DNA of 64,000 bases from Cycas panzhihuaensis (lineage: Eukaryota; Plantae; Cycadophyta), in assembly GCA_023213395.1 (NCBI GenBank), contig CM041465.1:70687741-70751740 (forward strand), given 5' to 3'. Position 1 is the stretch's first letter. Each line of letters starts with the position of its first letter. Under the pieces are notes generated by a model. The model worked only from the letters and a program-made list of their open reading frames with translations, ran no database searches and had not been told where the DNA came from. Both the position numbers and the translations under genes were made by a program. Below, in pieces: positions 41,901 through 54,733 of the stretch.

Positions 41901-44900
41901 GAATATTTTAATTTCAATTAAGTGGGTTGTTATGGTTCCAACAAAGAGTATACCAAAGAGGTAAGCCTTTAAAATGAGAGACCTAAAGGCATCGCTTTCT
42001 TATAAATGGAGCATATAATACTCTAAGCTTCATGAGAGGTTTTAGTAATTTCTATGTTTTGATCTACTTGGTCTTCTACAGCCAAGTGGAGAAATGAGAG
42101 GGCAATGTTATCCTTAGCTTTAAAAGCTACTAAGGCAACTAGATCTGGTGGTATGCCTTAGTTAGAGTTGTTTAGGTCTTATGTGGTTTTGATGGGACTA
42201 TGTCCCCATTGATATAGGCCCAATAATCATTCATTATAAGGATATTTTAACTTATTTTTTCCAAATTAAAAAAATCATTTATTCCACTAAGTTTAATTAC
42301 ATTAGACATAAGTATTTGAGCTACCATTTAAGTGTGTCTTTTAGTATCATATCTACCTAGGGGAATTTCTAAACTAAAATGTTATGCTAAAGGGTCTCTA
42401 AGAAGCCCTCAGTTGTTCTCTTGACTAGTGGTGCCTACCCACAAGTGGTAAATTAGGGACCTTATATACTAGTACATGACCTTTAGGCTCTATATACCTT
42501 AATACATGGGCTGCTAAGAAGGTCAAAGACTCCTTTGACTTGTTAATCTACCTGTGTAAGTCTTATACCTAGTGACAGGTCTAGCTAAAAGATATAAACT
42601 AAGGCACTCATCCTCTCTAGGTCTAATCTAGTCTCTAAACTCTAAGGTAGGGTTTTACACCTCAACCTACTACTTAATACACCTTATAGCTAGTGGTCTT
42701 CTAATAACCTAGAATTTAAGAAGAACTACTAATATCTATAGAGTGGTAACTTTAGGGTCCTAACCATTCCTCTTCAAGGCTAGTAAAGTTGAATTATAGA
42801 TTAAGAGTTATCTTTTTATCTTCAAGTTGAAATAGATTTTAAAATGTGTTCTTGCTTAAAAAGAGGGTTCTTTTTATGAAATAAAAGTAAGAAGACCAAA
42901 AGAAAAGCAATAAATTAAAAGAAATAGAAGGGTTTAGGGTGATCTTTCGTGGATTTTACTGCCAAGTAAAGATCAACCTACTTCACACAAGAAATTCACC
43001 TACAATCATAATGCACAAGTAAATGTCATCCAAAAACTATATAGGATAGCAAATAAGATGTAAATAACTAGTATTTAGTAAATAGATCCTTTACAAAATG
43101 AAAAACAATCCTTCAATTTATAAAAAAAGACTTATTATAGCCTAAATAAATGAGTCTACTTTATCTACTTAAAAACCATTGAAGAACTATTTAAAAATAA
43201 CTAAAACTAGCTCTAACCTATAGACCTCTAAACCAAGAATCCAACAGTTCAAACAATGCATAATACAGACCTCTTGTTGAAACATTGTGGCAAAAATAGT
43301 GCAAGGTATTCCTTATGCAAAGTGAACAAGAATAGTTTGGGCTTAATCCCCTTTCAAAGATTATCCTCGCTTCTAAAAAGTTTGCATATAACCATATACC
43401 CGACTATTGAGAGGATAGAGAACTTGAAAGAACTATGAAATATGGAATATAATTTTTTATTAAATAAAAAGTATTAAAAATAGCTTAATGTCATTTGAAG
43501 TCAGCCCCTTTGTATCTAAAGCCCCTAGTCATGAGGGGTTAATATAAGACCTCCAATAAGATATAAAGGACATTCAATGGATTTGAATAAAAGTTTAAAT
43601 ATAATTAAATTAAACTTAAACTTTGTAAAAAAAGGTATAAAATAAAATAAGATTATTTAACTACATGAATTTTTTTGACAAGCGTTGATAATGCAAGCTT
43701 CAAAAACTTGATTAAATCAAGTTACATTGCAATGATATGATTTTAAGATGAGATTAGAGACCCCCACAAGTGAATCATAGCCAAATTTAAGTGATGCAAG
43801 ACTGACAATAGTCATTCAAGGTCACCCAAGCTCCAAGGATTCAACAAGAATGGTAGGTATCTATATGGCGAATGGAGGGTTTGAATCCACCTAGTGGTTA
43901 GAGAAGTGATGTCTCAAGGCTAATAAGGAGACTATATAGTTGAGAGGAGCTCACAAAAGGTGATGGTAGGTACAAACAGAGCCAAATAGGTGAAAATAAA
44001 ATAGATGGCTATTGAAACTTGAAGAATGAAGCCTAAAATAGAAATGAAAATTATAGACAATGTATTATTTTTTCTTAAAACTACTATAATAGGACTGAGG
44101 ACTACTTATAACTGATCACACAATAGAGGAGGACAACAAATACACCCTATCGAAGTGTCAGATATACCAAAATTAAGCAAAATATACAAAAATAAAGGTA
44201 AATGAGATGTCAGCTTTTATGAACTAGCTCTTATTTCTGTTGGAATATATTATCGACTAATGTTAATATGTGGTGAGATAATATGTGGAATATTCTTGAT
44301 ATAATATTATGATGAGCCAATAGATATAATCCTAATTATTCAGGACACTTGAGATTTATAAATATAGATCAAAGTCCAAATTATGTATAATACTAGATTT
44401 GTTAAAATGTAAAATAATATCATTTTGGTGGGTTTTTACCCGAGAGGGTTTTCCATGTTAATTATGATGTCCCATATGCTTGCATTCTATTGAGATCTAC
44501 TTTGTGTGAAAGACTTTATTGACTTGCTTATATTTATGTGTTTCCTAACATGGTATCAAAGATACAAGTCATGCACAGGTAGAAAATCATTATTTGGATT
44601 ATTCAATCATTAGTGTTAGGTCACGTTGTCTTGCCCTATGAGGATTGGCATGTTCGATGACCTTATAGAACTTCCATGGAGGTGCAAATGATTGTTGGTG
44701 GATTCTATAGGCCCTTATTTTCTATTTTGTAAGATTTCAAAGCCCTATAGAGGTGTGAAAATGAGTAGAAGGTGTTTTACAAGTGTTGGAGCCCTTATTT
44801 TTCAATCTATAGGCCCAATTACTCTATTTCTAGCTATAGGATCCTATTGGAGCCCATTGAAGGTGCCAAATCCACTTATTTAAGATGCCACTAAGTTTGA

Positions 44901-45586
44901 AATTCCTCAAAGGTGATTTTAAAGTTTGTTGATTAATTTTAGAGGTATTTAAGGTCACCCATATGAGAAGAGATGTCATGCACCTAGTTGTGGATGTTTG
45001 TTAGCCCTCTATTAACATGTAATAACCAATTGGAGAGTGCAAAGCCCTAATGAGTAATTTCAATACCCATAGTATTTAATATTACCAATAAATATAAGGT
45101 ATGTTCATATGTTTTAAAGTATTATTCGTCGATGATGAAGTATTTATGTCTACATGTTGTATTTAGCATGTGTGTATGTTTTAGTCACCTGTAATGATGT
45201 GTTGGTTAATATTAGTCACTCGCTTGAAATATTTTAGCCATGAAGCTTTAATATAGTCACCTCAGTATATTCATTCAATCACATTTAATATAATATTTGA
45301 TCATATTCATATATAATTGATGGCTATTAATGATTACAACCAACTAAATTTGTTCATCGCCCACATATATATATTGTGTTTAATGTCACCCATGTTAAGA
45401 AATATTGCAGTCACTTTGATCTCATATATAATGCCTCCCTTTTTTATATATGTCGCTACAAATGCCTGTGTAATATTTAATCACAGTTTTACCATTTTTG
45501 TCGTTGATATTTTTGAATGTCATTTGTAATATATATATATATGGATGGTTGTAATATATTTACGTTCCCATTTTACATATTACAAC

Positions 45587-46707
<1,121 letters not shown>

Positions 46708-47004
46708 TGGTTTTAATTAATATTTCCAAGGTTTGCAATAATTATTGATAGTTTATTTCATTACATAATCAGATATTAATTGAAATTACTTACATTGATA
46801 TATTATTATTTTTGTCAATATTATTTGATACCAAGTCACCAACATATATTTAGCTACAATTGATTTTATCCATTTACTTTTATTTATCAAGTTTCCTTTA
46901 ATAATTATGAGACACCTTTTCACTAAGGTTTGATCACCATTTTTTTCATAATATGTTGTTTTCTTATATGAAATCATCTCTTTATGGTATTTCATTTTTA
47001 TTAA

Positions 47005-47673
47005 TGTTTTAAGAATTACCTTATGGTTGATGTGGTTGATGTAAGGGATGAGTAAAGATGACAAGTCTACTATATGTCTTTAAAATGTTTAAGTGATGGA
47101 TCATTTCATAAGGGCGCGTATACAAGTGTCATCCTTTATATGTTCCTCAGTATTCAATAAGGGATTCTTTAAGTTAGTATATTTTGGTGATTTGCATAGT
47201 AAGATGTGTTGGGTATATGACAATGATATATAAGGAGGCTAAAATTTTGACTTGTTTTAGTGTAGTTTCCCCACCAACTTTCCTTAGGGGACCAAGGTTG
47301 TTCATTAAAAGGACCTAGATCTAATAATTGAGATTTTACCCTCTTATGATACTTTTCATGCAACCTAAATTGGGTAATTTAGTTGTGTTATTATTGCTGT
47401 GAGAACTCTATGGTGACTACACATATAGATTTCCATTCTTGATCAATAAATCTTGATGTCTTTCTTGTGTAGATGTTTCCCTAACACCCTGCTAGTATTT
47501 TACCATGTTAAATATGGTGTACTTGGTAATGCTTATGCTTTTCTTGTGTATGTGTTGAATGATCTCTGGTCTATGTACTTGCATTTTATTATAATTTTGA
47601 ATCTTATTCTTGTTACAAAATAGAATAGATCTTGGTTGTATATTTGGTAATTTAGATCTAGGTCTTCTTAATA
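47005..47673 (+). mobile_element. Solo LTR inside D, same family as 2370-3073
   Basis: TGTTTTAAGAA...TTCTTAATA termini and shared blocks with 2440-3073. No clean TSD; left end uncertain. Confidence 0.5.
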
Positions 47674-50600
47674 AGACATATATAAGGAGATGTTATGATG
47701 AGACAAAGCTTTGTGATTCATTGGCAGTATGAGGCAATTATGCACTTATTACTTATATTAACAAGAGAGTGTTCATGGGAAAAATGGGTGATGTTAGGCT
47801 CTTTGTATGTGGTTACATATAAGAGCTTATAGGCAAGAGTAAGCAACGTAAGGCTCTCTAGCATGCAATTACATGAGAGAATAAGTTGGGTGAGAATAGA
47901 TGAAATGAGACAACATGTTAACTCTTTGCATGTGATTTATATATGAGAGGTTTGAGGGTGAGAAAGAAGAGGTCAAAGTAGTGAAGTATCACCAATTAAC
48001 TGAACTAAGTCGAGATTAGGCAAGATAGGGTGAAGAAGGCCGAGTTGATTGAGATACCTTAGTTACAAAATAAAGTAAACTCATATTATTGTTGCAAAGA
48101 TAGACCATTACACCAGTGTATATATATGTAATTTATTAATTAAAAAGGTGTGTTTTATTTGTGTATATTCAAGTTCTATTATATTAGATATGTATGAGGT
48201 GACAAGAGGTTTAGAATTTGTTGTTTGTATAATGATGGTAGACCATTATACTTTGCCGTTGGATTGATGTTAACATGAGGCTTTGTGTTCTATTTGATAT
48301 TGGTTCAACAAATGTGCATATCTAAACAAACTTGATGTAGAACTAAGATAAACTATTTGATAAAAAATTAAAGTATGAATCGAAGATCTATGACGAGATG
48401 CTTTAAAAATCGCTATGTCTTTATCATGGTATAGAATAGTTGTCCCATAAACTCTATAAGGTTACATCAGGTGAGTATTATGATGCGATGGTGAGGTGTT
48501 AGTGCATGTCATTGTTTACCTCCCATAGATTTATAGTAGAAGTTGTAGTAGATAGTTGCATGAGGCCTCTTCTAGTACTATTCATGGCATATTCCCATCA
48601 TATTATATATTAGACTAAGTTAGAAGCCTTCTATTTACTGTTTGAAGTAAATGAAGTATACACATCTTAGATGAAGATCACAATAGCAGGATTACAAGAG
48701 TTTGGAGTGTCTTTATGATCTGTAGGAAAATGCATTATGATTAGTCTAGATGCTAGTTTGAAGAGTTTATGATGTATCATATTAAGTGTCATCTAATTAT
48801 AGGTTTTATCCTTTATTGCTTCAGTTTTTTGAGCTTTGATTAAGTAATTGCATGAGGAGTTATTTTTTGAAGAGATATGGATTACAATCCCATATTCCAT
48901 TAATGGTTTGAAACCTGCAGGATGATTGAAAAAGAAGGAACAGCATGCTAGTCAAGCTCGTGATAGACACCAACGTTCCGACAAGAGAAGAATTATAATA
49001 GAGAGTTATATTAGAGGAGTGTTGTGTGGGATTTGGCCCTCTTATCTCCAAGAAAATAACATGGTTAGTTTACAAGTTGGCAAGACTTGTCGTGCAAGAG
49101 ATTTCTAATTGAAAGAAGGATTCAAATATAAGGAGATATTTGCACCTCTCTTTATGTTGCTTTTGGTCCATTTGAGCCTTACTTTAACAGTTATATAGTT
49201 GGAAGTCACATCATATCATGTTAGTATTCCTTAATGGAGGCTTAAAGAAGAGATTCACATGGCTTAACTAGCTTAACCTCTTGGTTAGTCAAAGGAAAAT
49301 GACTAAGTTTCATGGATAAAGTATTAGGCATAGAGAGACTTATATAGTTACAGAGACTATTAGAGTATAATCTAAAGAATTGTGTACATATGAGCATAGC
49401 ACCATTACATCCAAGAGTAGATCAAATCAAGGAAGATGTAGGTTGAAGTTTGTCTAAGTGGAGATCAACTGGTGAATATGCTCACCAAGCTCTAACTAAA
49501 GATCACTATATTAACATTCGCATATTAGGTAAGGTTATCCTCGAGAAGGATCTATTACCAAGGATAAATCTTAATACCCTACATTCATATTAAGAGGGAT
49601 GTTGGAATATATTACTAACTAATATTAATATGTAGTGAGATTGTTGAGTGAAGGATCTAGTTGCTACACTCTACTACACTAAAACAATGGTATATAATAA
49701 GAGTAAAATAAAGAGAACAAGATTGAGAGCAAAAATAAGAGGTTAGAATTATGACTCTCCCTTTTATATTCAACCTTATATAATATAGGATATACATTAG
49801 GTTTCTAAAGGAGTTTTCTACCTAATGACATGATCTTGAAATTACACTTAAATGTAAATGAAATTATATTTAACTATGTGACTTACCTAACCTAAAGTCA
49901 CCTTCATATAATTAATCTAATAACCTTGATATATTAACAACCATCAATCCCCTCCTTAATGATAAAAGGCCATTATGATAGAATCTATTCTTTGAGGTCT
50001 TTATTTGAGCTTCATTATTACATTAATACTTTTATGAGAAAACCTTCATGGGGAATAAAAATCCATAAACTTTCTAAGATCTATAGCCCTTTAAATCAAA
50101 ATGGCTAAGGTGACTCTTGATATAGACTAATGGCCAAGCAACTTAAATATGCAATTGATCCGCTGAGTCTCCATATACCATTTGGTCATTCCCCATGCCC
50201 TTTCAAGTTTTCATAGGTTCCAATTTTCTAAGACTAGTACAACCCTTATCCTTGTGTGCCCACAAGGGGTTTTCATAAATATGATAGAATAGATACTTAC
50301 TCTTATTCTTTCATGCCCACAAGGGGTTTTCAGGAATGGAATAGAGTATGATGATCCTGTTGTCATCTCCCCCAATTAGTCATAGATAGAGGCCTGAAGA
50401 TTAAGCTACCTACGATACTATTTAAGCTTCACCCTTTGTAGTGGTTTGGTGAAGATATTGGCATCTTGATTTGTTGAGGGGTAGTACTCTAGTTAAATTA
50501 TGTCGTCATGAACTAGTTCTCGAATCCTATAGGATTTCGTGATTTATGTATTTAACGCAATCATGAAATATAAGATTTTTTGCTATATAGATTACTTATT

Positions 50601-53600
50601 AATTATCTACACGAAGGCTAGTGGGACTTGTTTGGGTGATATTCAATATCTCCAATAATTTTCTAAGCTATATTCCCTTCTTGCTAGTCTCAAAAGTAAC
50701 AATGTATTCAACTTTGGTAGTTGAATCAACAACTATCTTCTGTTGTCTAGATCTCCATGATATTAGTGTTGTTTTAAGAAATATTACTTACTTGGATGTG
50801 GATCTCCCTATGTCTTTATCTCTGGAAAAGTCTGGGTTTATGTATGCATATAGTTTGAACGCTAAATTAGGTTCATATAATAGACCATATTTGTTGGTCA
50901 TCTTAAGGTACCTCAACACTCACACTGCTACGTACCTGTTGTAGGAAAAATAATGGAAGGAGAACAGGGTAGAACATAAAAGAGATAATTATAAATCAAT
51001 ACATCATTATTACATAAACACAAGATCCATTGTATTCAATCCATTTTTATAGAGAGAGTATTACAAATGTCTAAAATGAAAGCAGTGTCTAAAGACACTA
51101 AGGTTGCACACCCCTCAAAATATATAGTTTGGGGGAGGAGGGAAACTCCTCAACCCCTAAAATTTAAATAACAATAAAATAATAACTTAACTTAAATAAA
51201 CTTAACTCAACTTAAATCAAATCAACTTAAACTTACCGTATACTTACCAACACATGTGAGTACCCATATGTGTAAATTGATGAATGTAAGGTGTGCACTC
51301 CTGGTTGGAAGGTGGGAGAGGGGTGATGAGCATTAACCCTAACATTCTCCCCCTTAATGGTCATCACAAATAACTTGTCTTCTATTTAAACTTGTGGAAT
51401 TTGTACTTGAAAAAAACTTTGAAGATATGCTTTATAGCTTGATCTATATTAACTTGCTTCATCCTTTTGTAATGTATGTATCTTCACCATTGAGTGGTGC
51501 AAAAAAATCTGTAAGTGTAGCTTGATTCACATGTGGATATGTGGCTATAACTTTGACTTTGTCAATTGGAACTTTAAGAAAACTTTAAACTTGAACTTTG
51601 TCTTCTGAAAACTTTGTGTTATATGCAATCATATATTATTATATCTCTCCTCTCAAATGGAGGATCGTGTTCTTATACTATAAGATGATCATGCATTTGA
51701 CTCAATCTTCCTCGGTCTTGTCATTATAATCCACCTATTCTCCAGACTCTCACATGCTCAACATCAATGTTAAATTTATTGAGGGTATCTTCCCCATAAG
51801 TAGAAATTAATATGTCCCACACAGACTTAGAAGTTATTAGTTTACAAACTCTAGAAAAGACATTATCATCTATAGTGCAAAATAATAAAGCTAGGGCTTC
51901 ATTATCCTTTTTAATGTTGTCTCTAATACTAACATCATATATATCTTGTAAATATTTCTAAAGATCATATGTAATAAAATAATTTTTCATAGTCTTATGC
52001 CATAGTGAAAAATTATGGCCATCAAAAATAGGAAATTATACTTTATTAAGATTGATTACCATTTTACTGAAAGCTTTAGCACATAAAAAAGAATATGGTT
52101 TACCAAGTCAAAGAATTTAATAAATGAATAAATATGACAAACTTATAAGATATAATTTTAGATAAAATTTAAAATAAGTTATAGGTCTAATTAGCTTATC
52201 ACTTGCTTGATGATTAATTTATGTTAGATATACTGAATGCCAAGTTTAGTAGCTTCAAAGTTATACTAAATGAAGTCATAATAAAGTGAAACTATACCAG
52301 TATGAAGATCAACAAAAGAACTATTCAATAGAACTAACCGTTTTAAAAACGGGTTCCTACAAGTCAATATTTTAATGAATCAAAGATATAGTCATCTTTT
52401 TAGTTTAATAGAGCCTAGCTCAAAATATTATAAAATGCTAGTAAAACTTGTAGAATGATTTAAAATGGTTAAATATGGTTTAAAGAGCTACTTCATATAT
52501 TTTTCAGTAAGAAAAACTTGAAAAATAATATAAAAAGATGTAAAATGATAAATTGGAGGCTATTAAGTACCTCAACTTGATAGCTTTGAAAATTAGCAAA
52601 AACACTTCAAAACTTATAAAAAATAAAGTTTGAATAGGAGTGAGTCACTTCCCAACGAAACTAAAGGATCTAAATTCATGTAAAAGCAGAAAAGTTATAA
52701 TGAAATGACAACAAGTACTTTTGTGGTAAAAATGTTTAAAAAGTGTTAAAAAACACTAAGGTGTCACTTTGGTCGATTAAAATAATGATTAAAATAAATC
52801 CTAAAAAATAAAATAAATAGATGGTAATGAAGTTTGTTGACAATATATGACTACAGAATAGATCCAGGTAGAAAATAATCACCTGATGATAAAATATAAT
52901 CTATTAAAAAGATGATTTTGTAAAAATGTTTAAAAAAGCTCTAAAAATCACAAATTGACTTTAAATTGACTGAAAATTGGTCAAATCATCTCCAAATAGG
53001 TCATATGACTAGTCAAAATCATACTACAGAAAATTATGGATGCAATGGAATAGGTTTTATCAGAAATTGATGACCTAGTGAGAAGTTACAACAAAAGTTT
53101 ACCCAGTACCCTAAGTGAAATGAAAAATTAAAAAAAATAAAAAGGAGAAAAATGTTTATAAACGTTATTGGCCCCTTTAATGATAAGTTATGGTCACATG
53201 AAAAAGGTCACATGACTAGGGGCTTAAACTTGAGGGGGCTAACACTTTAAAAACCCCAGAATTCAACTTATATATAATAAAGTTTAATTTTTTAAAAACT
53301 TTATATATAAAAAGATATATATCTATATATAAATTATGTTTTGAATAAAAAACACCACTGTGCTCCTCATGTTCATCGCCGCAACCTTCATTATCTCATA
53401 GGCGGCCGTGCTCAGATCGAAAAATAGAGGCAAGAATGAGTTCAAATTTGGGCACATGAGTTAGAAGGTGTTATTGTTGGGTAGTTATGCTTCTATGCTA
53501 TCAACCTGCTTCTTTGGTTCACTTTAGTTTGGTTTTACCCTATTTTGCATCGCTCATAATGCTATATTCTAGTGCTTATAGGGCTATCACTGCAAGAGGG

Positions 53601-53693
53601 ACCCTAAGATAACAACATTCAGTCCTACAAATCCCTGCTTCCTCACTTCAATTCAGGCATAGATCTGGGTATTCGTGGTCAGAGCAAGTCAAG

Positions 53694-53968
53694 ATGAGGG
53701 GTCGCAATGAAGTAATTTAGAGGAGGAAAAGACTGATGTCCATATTTGTTACAATCCTTTTTCTGGGTCTTCTCTTTGTGTATTATGGATCTTTCTTTGG
53801 GCTCAGATCAGAGGGGCTCTTTAAACCTATGAAGATCAAAGTTAATAAAACCTTGGGTAAATATTCGAGGAGGTTTGGATCGAATACGAATGATGAAGAT
53901 GAGGATGTGGGCCAGATCAAGAAACACTCTCTGCTCAACGATGGGTTTCAGGATGATATACTGTTAAG
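53694..53968 (+). pseudogene. Captured fragment of a PMT1/3/8-like (DUF248) SAM methyltransferase, N-terminal exon
   Basis: MRGRNEVI*RRKRLMSIFVTILFLGLLFVYYGSFFG...RRFGSNTNDEDED...DDIL matches the MRGR..G..KKRL...[TM]..YYGSFFG start of this family as I recall it. Confidence 0.72.
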
Positions 53969-54045
53969 ATGGAGATCATAGGGCGCCATAAGGAGAGTCG
54001 TTGGATGGAGGGTAGACGTAGGTGTATTAGAGATCATTCAACACC

Positions 54046-54355
54046 ATCCAAATGAGTAGAGTATGATGCTGTAAAACTCTTCTGTGAAATGCAACAGGAG
54101 AGGATTTGTTCACTTTTGCCAGCATTCTAATGGCATGTAGTAGCTTAACGCTACCGATTGGGTAAACAGGTGCATGCCCACATAATCAAAGCTGGATTTG
54201 GGTCAAATGTCTGAGTGGAAAGTGCCCTTGTTGACATGTATATTAAATGTTGCAATGTAGAGGGTGCACGACAAGTGTTTGGAGAAATGCCTATGCAAAT
54301 CTGATCCCATGGATTGCAATGATTGCAAGATATGTCCAAAGTGAGTATGATGGGT
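54046..54355 (+). pseudogene. Captured PLS-class PPR gene fragment
   Basis: DAVKLFCEMQQE..LFTFASILMACSSL..G.QVHAHIIKAGFGSNV*VESALVDMYIKCCNVEGARQVFGEMP...WIAMIARY, with frameshifts. Confidence 0.9.
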
Positions 54356-54360
54356 ATTTA

Positions 54361-54545
54361 GTGCTGAGTAAATTTACAAGGATAAATATAATTCTTGAAA
54401 AAAAAGTTACTCTGCTTTAATACATGGCTTTTGTGATTATAAAATGGTTTAAAGCTACTTATGGAAATGTAAGACGGGCTTTTTAATCGCTTCACTTTAG
54501 GAACTATGATTTGTAATGTGTTTATCTATGGTCTTTTCTTGATAT
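54361..54545 (+). pseudogene. Captured P-class PPR-like fragment
   Basis: SYSALIHGFCD...KLLMEM...TMICNVFIYGL resembles the P-motif consensus TYxxLIxGxC. Confidence 0.55.
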
Positions 54546-54619
54546 GCCTAAACTCAATCTCATTCTGAGTATGAAATAAATAAGAAATCACTTCTCTTGG
54601 TGATCCTATTTATAGAAAA

Positions 54620-54733
54620 TTTCATAATGTTCTTTGGGGGGATAAAGATGTAGTAATTTCAACAAATCCATTTAGTTTTTCTGTAATATCAAACCTACTC
54701 AATGATCCAAGCATAAAGGAACTAGCAGAGTAA
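54620..54733 (+). pseudogene. Captured fragment of an AKR2-like ankyrin-repeat protein gene
   Basis: [22 protein letters not shown] versus the AKR2A/B motif [23 protein letters not shown], as recalled. Confidence 0.7.

Noticed and set aside
42930-43260. Possible extra solo LTR in the leader of C
   Set aside because: LTR-like composition, but no termini, partner or TSD could be identified.
53736-53981. 81 aa membrane microprotein gene
   Set aside because: It is the in-frame remainder of a captured PMT fragment after a premature stop; there is no evidence of independent function.
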